This document shows, piece after piece, positions 39,601 to 54,600 of a stretch of DNA of 64,000 bases (position 1 is the stretch's first letter; each line of letters opens with the position of its first letter). The notes beneath the pieces were generated by a model that made no database searches, was not told where the DNA came from, and was given only the letters and a program-made list of their open reading frames with translations. Location: the NCBI GenBank assembly GCA_976551045.1, contig CDPCPM010000005.1:12462001-12526000 (forward strand), written 5' to 3'. The DNA comes from Glaucostegus cemiculus. Lineage: Eukaryota. The position numbers and the translations under genes are program-made.

Positions 39601-42600
39601 ACCCTCTGCTTTCTATCATGAAGCCAACTGTGCATTCAATTAGCCAACTTTCCCTGGATTCCATGCGATCTAACCTTCCAGAGCAGCCTTTCATGTGGAA
39701 TCTTATCAAAGACTTGACTGAAGTCCATTATAAACCACATCTACCACACTGCCCTCATCAACTTTCTTGGTCACCTCATCAAAAAAACTCAATCAAATTT
39801 GTAAGACATGATCTCCCATGCATAAAGTTATGCTGATTACCCCTAATCAACCCCTGTCTTTCCAAATGTATGTATATTACTACGAATCCTCTCCAGTAAC
39901 TTGCCTACCACAGATGTTAGACATAGTGGCCTACAGTTCCCAGGTTTTTCTTGGCCACCCTTCTTAAATAAAGGCACAATATTTGCTACTCTCCAGTCTA
40001 CCAGCACCTCATCCATGGCTAGCGATGATGCAGATATCTCAGCCAGGGCTCCCACAGTTTCTTATCTAGCCTCCCATCGTATTCTTGGATACACCTGGTC
40101 AGGCCTTGGAGATTTGTCTACTTTCATTCCTTATAAGACATCCAGCACCTCCTCTACTGGAATGCAGACTATCCCCAAGACCTCCCCATTTACTTTTCCT
40201 AGTTCTGAAGTCATCTTGTCTTTCTCCTCGGTAAAAACAGGAGAAATATTCATGAAGAATCTTTCTCATCTCCTGTGGCTCCACACAAAGGTCCCCTTTG
40301 GTCTTTGAAGGGCCCTATTCTCCCTCTAGTTACTCTTTTTCCCTTAATAAAGTCTCTTTGAATTTTCCTTTATTTTCTCTGGTCAAAGTTATATCATGCC
40401 TCCTTTTTGCCCTCCTGCTTTCCTTCTTGAGTACACTCCTGCGTCCCTTATACACCTCCAGGGATTCACTTGATCTGCCCATACCTGACCTATGCCTCCC
40501 TTTTCCTGGCCAGGGCATCAGTGTCCCTTGCATCCAGGGTTCCCTACTCCTACCAACCTTGCCCTTCACTCTAACAGGAGCATGCAGACCTTGAGCTCTA
40601 TCTCACTTTTAAAATCCTCTGACTTGCCTGTGGTCCCTTTGCCTGCAAACAACTTGCTCCAATCAACCTTTGCGAGTTCCTGTCTCATACCATCAAAATT
40701 TGCCTTGCCCAAATTTAGAACTTGAACCCATGGACCAGCTCTGTCCCTTTCCATAGCTATTTTAAAACTAATAGAACTATGGTCACTGGTCCTAAACTGC
40801 TCCTCCACTGTCACCTTAGTCACTTGCTCTGCACTATTACCCAAGTGTAGGTCAAGCTTTGCCTTCTCCCTAGTTGGGCCCTCTCTATATATTGCCCAAG
40901 GAAACTTGCCTGAACACAGTTAACAAATTCCACTCCATTGAAGCCCTTGACAGTATGGCGGTCCCAGTGTATATTAGGAAAATTAAAATCCCCTTCGATA
41001 ACAACCCTATTATTCTTACAACTGCACAATCTCCCCTGCATATTTGTTTTTCTAATTGCTGTTGACTATTTGGGGGCCTATAGTAAAATGTGATCATTCC
41101 CTTTTTTTCTTAGCTCCACATATAAAGACTCACTGGATGATCCATTGATAACTTCATCTCTGACTACTGCTGTGATATTCCCCTTAATCAAAAATGTAAC
41201 TCCCTGTCCTCTCTTCCCTCCACCTCTACCCTGCCTAAAACACCTGCGCTCCAAAACATTAAGCTGCCAGTGCTGTCCCTTGCTTAGCTATGTTTCAGTA
41301 ATGGCTATAATATCCCAGTCCCACATAGCTATCCAAGCCCAAAAGTTCAGCTGCCTCGTGGATAGTGTAGAAGGTTGCTGTAGGTTACAACAGGACATTG
41401 ATAGGATGCAGAGCTGGGCTGGGAAGTGGCAGATAGAGTTCAACCCAGAAAAGTGTGAAGTGATACACTTTGAAAGATCGAATTTGAAGGCAGAATACAA
41501 GGTTAATGGCAGAGCTCTTAACAATGGAGGAACAGAGGGATCTTGGGGTCCACGTCTGTAGATCCCTTAAGGTTGCCACACAGGTTGATAGGGTTGTTGA
41601 GAAGGCATACGGTGTGCTGGCCTTCATTAGTCGGGGTATTGAGTTCAAGAGCCACAAGCTAATGTTGCAGGTCTATAGAACTCTAGTTAGACCACACTTG
41701 GACTATTGTGTTCGGTTCTGGTCGCCTCATTAAAGGAAGGATGTGGAAGCTTTAGTGAGGGTGCAGAGGAAATTTACCAGGATGTTGCCTGGATTGGAGA
41801 ACATGTCTTATGAGGATAGGTTGAGTGAGCTATGGCTTTTCTCTTTGGAGCGAAGGAGGATGAGAGGTTACTTGATAGAGGTGTGCAAGATGATGAGGCT
41901 TCGATCAAGTGGACAGTCAGAGACTTTTTCCCAGGGCGCAAATGGCTAACATGAGGGGGCATACTTTGAAGATGATTGAAGGAAGGTATAAGGGGGATGT
42001 CAGTAGAATGTACCGCTGGCAGAGGTGGTGGAGACAGATACATTAGGGACATTTAAGAGACTCTTAAATAGACAATGAATGATAGAAAAATGGAGGGCTG
42101 TGTGGGAGGGAAGGGTTAGATAGAATTTAGAGCAGGATAAAATGTCGGCACAACATCGTGGGCTGAAGGACCTGAACTGTGCTGAAATGTTCTATGTTCT
42201 TACCTGTCAAACCTCTCTCATTTAAATGAATTTAATCCCATAGGCTTTCCTCGCTCCTGGCCATTCTCCTGCCTGTCATGCCTATTGAACTTGCTGTCTC
42301 TGACTTCTGTTTCACTTTCCAGCCTCTCATTTGCCTCCTTAATGCTTGGCATCCCACCCTAGTAGCACTAGCAAATAGTGCTACCATTGCAAATAAACTA
42401 ACTAGCACTAGCAAGTACTACAAATGGCAAACTAACTAACACTAGCACTTGCAAGGGATTGGAAACCAGAGTGGCATGGCAGCAAGTGGAGAGGCTGTGG
42501 GGAAAGTAGATGTTAAGACTACAAGCAAAGATGGAAGCTGAAAGATTGAATGAGGTGGGGCGCATGTTCTGAGTTGCATCTACTTCAATGCAATGAGTAT

Positions 42601-45600
42601 TGTAAGTAAGGCAGGTGAACCTAGAGCATGGATCTGTACATGGAATGATGTTGTAGCCTTTACTGAGACTTGGTTGCAGGAGGGGCAGGACTGGCAGCTC
42701 AGTGTTCCAGGGTTCAATTGTTTTAGACATGATAGGAGGGAGGGATGGCATTACTCATCAGGGAAAATGTCACAGCAGTGCTCAGAAAGGACATACTGGA
42801 GGGCTCGACTACTGAGGCAATTTGGGTGGAACTGAGGAATAAAAAAGGGCTGATCACATTAATAAGACTATATTATAGACATCCCAGTAGTTAGCGGGAT
42901 TTAGAGGAGCAAATTTGTAGACAGTCAATAGTTGTAGGAAATACGAAGTTGTGATAGTAGGTGGTTTTAACTTTCCACATATGGACTGGGACTGCCATAC
43001 TGTAAAAGGACAGGATGGGATAGAATTTGTCAAATGTGTTCAGGAAAGTTTGCTTAATCAATATGTAGAGGTCCCAAGTAAAGAGTGCATGATACTGGAT
43101 CTCCTCTCAGGGAATGAGCAGGTGAGAGAAGTGAGTGTAGGGGAACACTTTGGATCTCGTGATCATATTTTCATTAGTTTCAAGATAGTTCTGGAGAAGG
43201 ATAGTACTGGTCTTAGGGTTAAGATTTTAAAGCGGCAGAAGGCCAATTTTGAGGTCATCAGAAGGGCTCTGGCAGGAGTGCATTGGGACATGTTGTTTTC
43301 CGGCAAAGAGATGCTTGGTAACTGGGAAGCCTTCACAAGTGAAATATTGAGTGTACAGAATCAGTATGTTCCTGTAAGAATAAAAGGCAAGGCTAACAGG
43401 TTTGGGGAACCTTGATTATCAAGAGATATTGAGGCGCTGGTAAAGAAAAAGGAGGTGCATATCAGATATAGGTTGTTTGGATTAAATGAGGCACTTGAGG
43501 AGTATAAGAAATGCAAGAAAACACTTAAGAGAGAAATCAGGACAACAAAAAGAGCACCTGAGGTTGCTCTGGCAGACAAGGTAAAAGAGAATCCCAGGAG
43601 TTTCTATCATTATATTAAGAGCAAAAGGATAGCAAGGGACCAAATTGGTCCTCTTGTAGATCAGCATGGTCATCTATGCATGGAGCTGAAAGAAATGGGG
43701 GAGGTCTTAAATGAATTTTTTGCATCTGTATTTACTTGAGAGACAGAAATCTCTAGAACTGAGGAAAAAAAGTATTGAAGAGTATCTGGATTACAGAAGA
43801 GGAGGTTCTTGCTGTCTTGAGGTGAATCAGGGTAGATAAATCCCCTCGGACCTTGTGGTAAGGTAGTGTAGAAATTGCAGGATCCTGGCAGAGACATTGA
43901 AAACATCCCTAGCCATGGGTGAGGTGCCAGAGGACTTGTGGACAGCTAATGTTGTTCTGTTGTTTAAGAAAGGCTCTAAGAACAAGCCAGGAAATTATAG
44001 GCCAATGAGCCTGATGTCAGTCATGGGTAAATTATTGGAAGGTATTCTGAGGGACAGGATATATATTTGGATAGACAGGGCCTGATTAGGGGTTGCCAAC
44101 ATGGCTTTGTACATGGCAGGTCATGTCTAACCAATCCTATAGAGTTTATCAAGGAGGTTACCAGGAAAATATATCAAGAGAAGGCGGTGGATGTTGTGTA
44201 CATGGACTTTAGCAAGGCCTTTGACAAAGTCCTGCATGAGAGGCTGGTCAAGAAGGTTAAGTCACTTGGCATTCAGGATGAGGTAGCCAATTGGATTCAA
44301 TGTTGGCTTAGTGGGAGAAGCCAGAAAGTGGTGGTAGATAGTTGTCCCTCTGAGTGGAGGCCTGTGACTAGTGGTGTGCTGCAGGGATTGGTGCTGGGCC
44401 CATTGTTATTTCTCATTTATATTAATGATTCAGATAACGTGGTAAACTGGACCACCAAATTTGTGGATGGCACCAAGATTGGGAACATAGTGGACAGCGA
44501 GGAAGGCTGTCAAAGCTCGCAGTGTGATCTGGACCAGCTGGAAAAATGGGCTGAAAATTAGCAGATGGAATTTAATGCAGACAAGTGTGAGGTGATGCAC
44601 TTTCGAAGGACAAACCAGAGCAAGACTTACAGTGAATGGTAGGGCACTGAGGTGTGCGGTAGAACAAAAGGACCTGGGAATACAGATCCATAATTCCTTG
44701 AAAGTGGTGTCACAGGTAGATAGGGTGGTAAAGAGAGCTTTTGGCACATTGGCCTTTCACAAATCAGGGCATGAGTACAGGAGTTGGGATGTTATGTTGA
44801 AGTTGTACACTATGTTGGTGAGGCTGAATTTAGACCATTGTGTGCAGCTCTGGTCACCTACCTACAGGAAAGATATCAATAAGCTTGAAAGAGTGCAGAG
44901 AAAATTTACAAGGACGTTGCTGGGATTTGAGGACCTAAATTATAGGGAAAAGTTGAATAGATTAGGACTTTATTCCCTGGAGTACAGAGAATGAAGGGAG
45001 ATCTTGTAGACGTATACAAAATTATGAGGGATATAGATAGGGTGAATACATGCAGGTTTTTTTCCTTTAGGTTGGTTGAGATTAGAACTAGAGGTAACAG
45101 GTTTAGGGTGAAAAAGGTGTAATATTTAAGGGGAATCTGAGGGGAGCAACTTCACTCGGGGTGGTGCAGGGGTGGAATGAGATGCCAGCAGAAGTGGTGG
45201 ACGCGGGTTCGTATGTAATGTTTAAGAGAAGTTTGGATATGTGTATGGATGAGAGAAGTATGGAGTGCTATGGTCTGGGTGCAGGTGAATGGGACTAGGT
45301 AGAAAACCTGACTGGCAAGGACTAAATTGGCTGAAGGGCTGTTTCTGTGTGTGATGCTCTGTGACTCCAAATCTGCCTGCAGGATATTGGTCCCTCTCCA
45401 GTTCAGGTGTATCCCGTTCCCCCTTGTATAGGTCACCTCTGCCCCAGAAGAGATTGCAATGGTCCAAAAATCCAAATCCCTGTCCGCTGCATCAATTTTT
45501 CAGCCATGCATCCATATCCTCCTATTCTTACCCTCACTAGCACATGGCACTGGAAGTAATCCTGAGATTACTACCCTCGAGGTCCTGCTTTTTAATTTCT

Positions 45601-48600
45601 TTCATAGCTCTCTATATTCACTCCGCAAGACCTCATCCCTTACTCTACCTTTGTCATGCTTAGTTTGGCAACACAGGTCTTCAGTGCATTACTGGAATTT
45701 GTCGTGGCCCATCATTTTTGATGAATCCCTTGGGCAAAACTTTTTCTTTCAATCACAAGGAGTGAAAACTGGCTTTGGTTATAGTAGGACCTTGAGAAGA
45801 GACGAGAGAGATTGTCATATGGGAGTTGTACATCTTTGTTCCTGCATTGTCACTGCTTCTGATTCTTAAAACTCCTACCCAGAAGCTCTGTAAGAACACA
45901 TTCAGAGGGATTACAATGTTTTATGAAAGTGGCACATCACCACCTAAAGGGGAATTAATGATGACTTATAAATACTGATTTTCCCAGCAACATTCTATTA
46001 TAAATAATAAAAAATACACTGACAGGCAATCTGTTTTAGAATCTACTTTACTCACCATTTTCTTTTCAAACTTTGATCACAATTTTGCTGCTTTAAGGCT
46101 TATATAGTTATTATTAGATTCTTAATTGCTGAAGAATTGGTTTAAACATGAAACATGAGTTAACTATCATCTGAGAGTTATTTGTTGTGTTCTTTATGTT
46201 TCAGACCACCTGCAGATCCAGCAGCATTAGTTTCTAGGTCACCCATAGTTACTATCATGGGTCACGTAGACCATGGAAAAACAACGTTACTTGACAGCCT
46301 TAGAAAAACCCAGGTTGCAGCAATGGAGGCAGGGGGTATCACTCAGCATATCGGAGCATTCCTTGGTATGTCTTCCATTGTTCTGTTTTACTGTTAATCT
46401 CAAATATGAACAACCCATGGTGGTAACTCAACTTTATTTAATTGTGAAAAATATTGTCAATAGATTTTTAATTCCCTTTCTTTGGTAAAGCTAAAATCAA
46501 ATCCTTAGAATTGATTATTTTGCAGTTGTAAGATTATACATATATAAGATTCTCCCCACCCTTGCCCTGACTCTGAAGTATGTTGCTAGAAAAGTACTTG
46601 TAAAATTTTGCTTTAAAATTCCCTGATGTGTATCAGTTCTGTCAATTATACCCCTGCACCAATTGTGGAGAAGAGCTGGGGATCAGCCCAAAAATCTTGC
46701 ATGTAAATAATAGCTTATAATTTCCCTCAAATGCCTCAAAGTACATTACATTAGTTGCTTTGAAGATGTGATAATTTGTAAAAAGCTATGTGCTCTTAGT
46801 TCCACAATTACAAATGTAAACTCAGTCATCTGAATACTCAATATGAATTAAAAGAACCTTAATGTAAAAAGGTTGATCTTGCATTTTTCATTAAGACAGT
46901 TACATTTTGCATTAATGTAGTTTTGACTAATTTACCTCTACTTCAAGCTGAGGAGCCATGTATAAACCTTCTAGTTTTGTTCACTTTACCCATAATGAAA
47001 GGGAAACTAGGATTTTGATCTTACATGAGATTTTTTAGCCAGGTATGATGGACTGCATCAAGCCTCTGTAAACTTCTGACTTTCTCTGTATCCATTCATG
47101 TCCACACTTTGGCTTCTGCTTGGAATCAAAGCCCATTGCTTGTCATTTCACTTTCTTCTCATTTTTTTTCTCATCTTCTCTTCACACCTTCTGGTCTGCT
47201 TTCTGAACCACTTTGCCTTGTCACGATGCCTCTTCTCGTTTCTTCCCTCTCAGATATTCTGCGCTTACAAATCCGCATCCTACACCTTCATTCTTCCTTT
47301 ACCCTTTCTAATTATCTGTTATCATCTCATATTTGACCATCTTTTGGCATCCTCTCCTGACATCCTCCAAACAGCCCATCAAGGTCATTGTCAGTTTTTC
47401 TGAAGACCAGCAAGCCCAATGTTCCCATTCTCTTGATGACTTTTTCCTAGTTAGGCTGTCAATTGGGTAGTGATCTTTCTCACTCTGTTCCCTTCCTATC
47501 CCCATCCTACTAACGTTCTTAATTTCAAATCACTCCATGGCCTCATTTCTCCCTTACTCAGCCAGCCCTGCTAACCTGCAAGATTGTGCCCCTGATTTCA
47601 GTTTTCCCACTGTTTGTGGCCATTAGAGGTTTTAGTTCCTGGAATTCCTTCCCTAGTGTCTCAACTTATTTTAATTATGCTCCTTAAAACCTCCATCATT
47701 TGCTTTAGCTTATCATCTTTCTTTATTTGGCAATGTTCTTGTGGATATAAATGCACATTGTTTTTTTTTTATTTACAGCACGGTAACAGGCCCTTTTGGC
47801 CCAACGAGTCCGCGCTGCCCATTTTAAACCCCCAAATTAACCTACCCATATGTCTTTAGAATGTGGGAGGAAACCAGAGCACCCGGAGGAAACCCACACA
47901 GACACGGGAGAACGTACAAACTCCTTACAGTCAGCGACGGGAATCGAACCCCGATCGCTGGCGCTGTAACAGCGTCGCGCTAACCGCTACGCTATCGTGC
48001 TGAGACTGAATTCTGAAGGGTGAAATTCTTTTGACCAAAAAATGCCTGATGAATCAGGTTTTATTTTCTGTAATTTGAACTGCTAGCTAAAGTTAGTTTC
48101 ATGATTCTTTTAATAAAAGGTAAGAATATCACTTCAAAGTGCCCTTTAGAATGTTTGTCTAGAATTAAGATTTTAATCAAAATGTCTCAGTGATTGTGAT
48201 AGTGCTGGAAGGAATCAAGATGAATAATAAACTATGCCAAAATGTTGAATTACTTGGCGTAGGAATGGAAGGTGCCAGGTTTATTCTGCTCATTGTAATG
48301 ACCTTGTATATTAACAATTTGTAAGGGATTTGTCCATAATAAGACATCTTTTCACAGTGCTGCTGCTCTCTGCTTTTACTGAATTGATGAAATTTATGAT
48401 TTTCCTTCTGTGGTCACTAAAACATTTTGCTTATTTACACAGTGCACTTGCCATCTGGTGAAAAGATAACCTTCTTGGATACCCCTGGCCATGCTGCCTT
48501 TTCAGCAATGAGAGCCCGTGGTGCTAATGTAACAGACATTGTGATATTGGTTGTTGCTGCAGATGATGGAGTAATGAAGCAAACGATAGAATCAATTCAA

Positions 48601-51600
48601 CATGCTAAAAAATCTAATGGTAAATTTAAAAATATAGAGTTATAATTGTATAAGATTTGTATGTTTCAGTGAATCCTTGGCTATTTTCATCTGTTCTCAG
48701 GAAGAGACTGACACTAATGTCTAATTGTATTCCTTTTAAACTTGTATTTACATCTAGGGTCAAAAGAATCAAATAATGAGGGATTATTGCACTGTTGAAC
48801 ATGGATCAAATGAAACATTAAACTTAAGAATCACAGGTAGATTTAAGATAAAATCCTTGGGCACCTTTTTTGAAGTGCAAGGAGGTTTCTACCTGGTGTT
48901 GTGGCCAGTATTTATACTGTATCTCGATCAGCAAAACAGATGGTCTGGCCATTGTCACATTGTTGTATGCAAGTTGGCTGTTGTTTCCTGCATTACAATA
49001 TAGCTACATTTTCTGAGTGGCTATGAGTAGTTGGATACATCCTGATAGGAATATAAAAGGCACAGTTTAAGTGTTGGTCCTTTTTCTCCTATCACCTCCT
49101 GGATCATTGCACCACCACTATTCATCAACCCATCTGTTCCCAAACCTTGGTCGGAAGGTCTTCCCTCTGCAGCCTCCAGTCACATTGTCACCTAAACCTG
49201 TAAAACTGTCTTTTACCTCCTTCCCAAGGTTAACAAACAGGCCTGCTCATGTGGGAACGGGACCTGAGTACTAATGAAACGCTGAAGTAATAGAAATAAC
49301 CCATAGGTTATGATGGAATGGCCTGGAAATGGGGAAATAATAACAGGGCCATTGTCATACAGAATTTGGGAGACTACATAATTAGTCACCATAATTCTTC
49401 TGAATTGGCAACTGTAATGTGAAGATTCTGCAGCTTTTGCATCATTGAGGGGATTGTCTTTGAGAGCAGAAAAAAGCCACAAATGGAACCAGGTGGTATT
49501 TTAGAAATAATACACTGGGAACTTGTTGACACAAAAAATTGTTCCCTATTCTTTTCGATGTAACTGAATGTAATAATGAGATTAATACATTTGTTTGTTT
49601 ATTTATTATTAATCCCTCCCTCTACCATAATGATCATTTGATCCTTTCTTGAAGCATGGTATACGGTCTGATTAAACTTCAACTAAAATTAAACATGGCA
49701 TATTCATTAATTTGCTGTAAACTAATAGCAGCTCTATCTGTTTTCAATCATTTTGCTGATTGAGTCAATATTCTGCAGTTGACTTACATTCTGTAAAATG
49801 GTTCAACTGTTTTAGTTAACTCGCACAAGGAAAGGATCACAGAAATTGTTCAAAAATAGCTATTGAGAAGATTTTTTCAATGAGCTTTCATCTCTGAATT
49901 TTTAAAAATTTTATTTACAGCGTGGTAACAGGCCATTTCGGCCCAACAAGTCTGTGCCACCCATTTTCAACCCCCAAATTAACCTACCCGTACATCTTTA
50001 GAATGTGGGAGGAAACCGGAGCACCCAGAGGAAACCCACGCACACACGGGAGAACGTACAAACTCCTTACAGTCAGCAATGGGAATTGAACCCCGACCGC
50101 TGGCACTGTAGCAGCATCATGCTAACCGCTACGCTATCGTGCCGCTATCTGCTGTTTATTATCTAATTTTAATTGTTCTAATTACAGTTCCAATAATACT
50201 GGCAATAAATAAATGTGATAAACCAGAGGCAGATCATGAAAATGTAAAGAAGGAATTGTTAGCCTATGATGTAATTTGCGAGGAGTATGGTGGTGATGTT
50301 CAATCAATAAATATCTCAGCTCTTAAGGTAACTTTTTAATGCATCTTTCAATTGCTCTGGTTGAATATTTTAACTTTACCACATCTACTTTATTGTTTGA
50401 ATACATTCTTTCTGTTTTCTAGTGCTAAACGGTCAAAATAGACAAAGCTTCCTTCAAATTCAGTGTACTCAATATTGAATCTGCCTTTAAAGCCTCTGGT
50501 TTGATATTTTTTCCCCTCTTACCAGCACAACGTACTCAGCAGCAATCCCCATCTGCTAGATAACTATCTCATCCCAGCCTCTTGTTTTTAACTGAAATGT
50601 TAACTTTATCTCATAATTATCTTTCTTTTAAGTTAGGCAATATTAGAGTAATATGTTAAAATAATGGGGTAAATAACATTTATTTGGTTGTTTTTTAATT
50701 ATATATTGTGCAATTTGTGTACTGGGAACAATTTTTTTTCATAGTCACAGGATTACATAATCCACTTTTAGTTAAAAAAAGTTTTTGTGTGTAACAAAAA
50801 GGTACTACCTGCAGGAAATGCACAGCGATTACAATTTGACTGATCTTGGAAGGGCAAGTTCAACATGCACATTGTATGCACCTATGTATCCAATGTATGT
50901 TTTAGTGATTATCGCAGGTGAGGGCTGGTAGGTTGTTGTCATAAAGGCTGTTTGCCTGCCCTCATGCTTGCTTCTGATTGCCTGTCTCCCTTTGAAAAGT
51001 AAAAACATTTGGTTTTCTGGAATTGTCTGTGGTTTGGAACTGTAACAAGACTGACTGTTATGTTAATATACTGAATTTTTTTTAGGGAAACAATTTGATG
51101 GCTTTAGCTGAGGCTACTGTTGCTCTCTCTGAAGTGCTGGAGTTGAAAGCGGATTGCACAGGACCTGTTGAGGGTATCATCATTGAATGTCGGAATGATA
51201 AAGGGAAAGGGTAAGTAAATTGTTACTGTTGCATTTTCAGTCTTCGTAGATTGGAATATTTTTTTAAAATAGATTCTGAAATGTTGACTAAATTCTAGTA
51301 TTGATATATATTGTAATAAATTTAGTACCAGAAAAATAGCGTCTTTGATCTATCATGCTAAGCCCAAGATTGATACTTAAACTATGTATACATTACACCT
51401 AGTAACTGTATGTTTATAATAAACTGTCAGATCAAACAAACCAGTGTTTGTCTATTAATTTACTAAAGTTAACTAGTGATATACAGGAAAAGTATGTGAG
51501 TTAATTTCCGCAAAAATAGATTGCCTATCCTCAGGAGTGAGTGTTTAAATTGGAGGGAGAATTATCTTGAGGTTCTTTCAAAGCAGAAGTGAGGAAGCCA

Positions 51601-54600
51601 GGGATAGATTGTTATCTAAGCTGCAGCTGGTAGTTTTAGTAACAAAACATAATTTGTGTGTATGTTTGGCATTGGAATATGTAAGCATCCAGTGGGACGT
51701 CATAATAGTCGAGTTCTTGTCTATAATTCATCCAGATCAGAAGTAAGAATTGGTAATAGTAACTGTCTGTTAGTGTTTGAATAAATAATCAGTCATGGGT
51801 CGTGGTGGCAATGTTGCCTTTGAGTCAGAAAACTTTTCACTCCAGATACTTAAGTGCAAAACTTGACATGTACTCTTGAGAGAATGGTGCATTGTTGAAA
51901 GAATTCTCTTTACTTGAGGTGTTAAACCAGTCAATTAACTCGGTGGGACGTAAAAGAATTCATGTTACTATCTTGAAGGTAAACAGATGATTTCCTGCTG
52001 GTGCCATAGCTAATATCCATTCATCAATCAGTGGAGCTGCAAGCAAATTATATGGCTGTTATCATTATTATTCATAAGATGTTGCAGTATTCAAATTGTA
52101 TTTAATGGTTCTTGGATTGTAATACTGACTATACTTAAAAAATTAAGCATTTTAGGACATCTGGAGACCATGGAAATTAAAATGTTATATTGCTTTAATT
52201 ACTGAATATGTAATTAAACTGGACTAAATAATATTTCTTTGATAGACCAGTTACCACAGCTATTATCCAGCGTGGAACATTGAAGAAAGGTTGTGTCCTG
52301 GTGGCAGGAAAGAGCTGGGCTAAGGTACGATTAATGTTTGATGAAAATAACAAGCCAATGAATACTGCTGGACCAAGTACTCCAGTTGAGATAGGTGGTT
52401 GGAAAGAACTTCCATCTGCAGGAGATGAAATACTTGAAGTGGAATCAGAGGTAAGGAATTCTAATGTCTTTTATCAATTATGGTTGCCATTAAACAGCTC
52501 ATTGTTCTAATATCAGTAGTTACAGTGAAAGCTTGCATTTTTCACAGCCCTTTGGTTCAAAGTAAATTGTGTATCAATCATGTGAGCCAACACTTACTAC
52601 AATAATGTTGACATAAGTTAGAATGTCAAAATGAGAGAGCTGTAGCCCTGCAATTAACCTAATCTTTGTGAACATCTTCACGGTAGTAGACCTCCTTACT
52701 TACTGTAGAGGGAGTTCAGTGAAGATTCATTAGACTAGCTGCAGGGTTTACCAAATGAGGAGGGAGTATGTTTACTGGCACTGTATTCTTTCGAGGTTAG
52801 AAGAATGAGAGGAGAGCCCTTCAAAAGCTACAAAATTCTTTGATAGCCTAGATGCAGTGAGGAGCCTTGGGTCTGGGGCATAGCTTGAGAATAAGGGATA
52901 GACCATTTAGGACTGAGATGAGGAGACATTTCTTCACACAGAGTGGAATTCTCCAGCACAGATGGCTGTGGAAGCTGAGTTATGATGTTCATTCAAAACA
53001 GGCTGGTAGATGTCTGAGGGATTTGGGGACAGTATTAGAAAATGCTGTTGAGGTAGAAGGTCAGGCAGAGCAAGCACGTAGGCCCTATGGCCAATTCCGG
53101 CTCTTATTTCTTATGTTCCTATTAATGTATATTAGTATTGAAGAAGTTGTTTTTGAATCAAAGTTATTGCAAAACGAGTAAAGGTACAAAGGAAGGGACT
53201 AGGTTCTTCTAACATGTCTAACCTCATAATATTATGACTCATCAAAATAGCTATTATTGTTCTATATATGTCTCTTGTACTGTGTTCTGATGACAACTTG
53301 ATGAATTTGATCTTTCCTAATTGCTCTGCTTGACTGCACAGCAAAGAGCCAGAGAGGTTTTAGAATGGAGAAGCTATGTTGAAGCACAAGAAAAAATCAA
53401 ACGAGACCTTGAGGTGATTGAAGCAAAACAGAAGGAACACCTTGAGGCATACAAGAAAGAACGGGAGAACTTTAGTAGCCTGAATTGGAGACAGAGAAAA
53501 TCTGCCATGTATAAAGCCAACAGACATCTAATGGCAACAAGGCCGAAAGAGAAGAGTGAAGTGGACAAGTTTACACTTCCAATAATAGTTAAAGGTAAAT
53601 GAAAATACGTCATTATTATTATTCCATGATGTGTACAGTCCTGTTCTGTAGCTCTGGGCTATTGTTAGTGACTTTGGACCAGTAATTAAGCTAGTTTTAG
53701 ATTTTAATCAGAGAACATTGTTTATTTTTTATAATTTTAGATAACTTTTCTGGCCACTCCCTTGAAGGCCTTCCCCTGAATATCCCCTGATAACTTGGAC
53801 AAATTTCTATTATGTTTGTATTATCCCAAGTAGTGAATATTGGTGGGCTTTTCAGGTGCTGATAGTTTTTCATCCCTATCCAATAGTGTTTGTGATTAAC
53901 ATCCTTGTTTATATTGCCAGAGAGACTGTCCAATTTATTGCTTTTTATCTAAATTTATATGTTGCCCTTTCATAAACTCAGTGGAACTCAACTAATGTTC
54001 ACTGGAGATTGCATCTGTTTTGTTTTCTGATCTCCATATGAGTTTTTCTGACTGAGCCAGAGACAGGCTGCGCAGTTCAAAAAGGGCAGCTCATCACTAC
54101 TCTTCCGATTATGAATGGATAGAGAATGCTGCCTTGTAAGGTACACTTGTAGCCCACAGAAAAAACTCTAGCAATAATATGCTTCACTGATACAATACAA
54201 TAATGTTGGACTCTTGATTGGTGTAATCTCTGCATATTGCCAGCTTTCCCAGTAGAGGGCACAAATAATGAATTTTGGTCTGCTGGGCTTTTTAACTGTT
54301 TCAAATTATTAACTGATCTGGCGTCAGATGAAGTTGGTACCCAACCTTTCTATTAAGTGGATTGTTTACACTTTTGTTCTGGACATGGAGTATTTTCTTT
54401 TGTTATAAGTGCCAATGTGGTAAAGTAGACTGAAACAGTGATTAAGATATTTTAAAACCACTTTACTTCCTGTAGGTGATGTTGATGGCTCTGTAGAAGC
54501 CATTCTGAACATCTTAGATGGTTATGATGCTGATAAGCAATGTAACCTGCAAGTGATCCATTTTGGTGTTGGAGATATTAGTGAAAATGATGTAGTCTCA

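Larger units (their letters stand above)
38560..45660 (-). mobile_element. Long CR1 LINE (ORF1 SGNH esterase remnant, APE and RT) split by two nested CR1 insertions
   Basis: Segments 38560-41356, 42201-42376, 45368-45660; motifs [48 protein letters not shown]. Confidence 0.88.

Noticed and set aside
42455-45367. Active autonomous LINE
   Set aside because: ORF2 is broken by many stops and frameshifts and ORF1 is missing.
47930-48002. tRNA gene
   Set aside because: A/B boxes are present but continue into a V domain and LINE-like tail in four copies; these are SINE heads.
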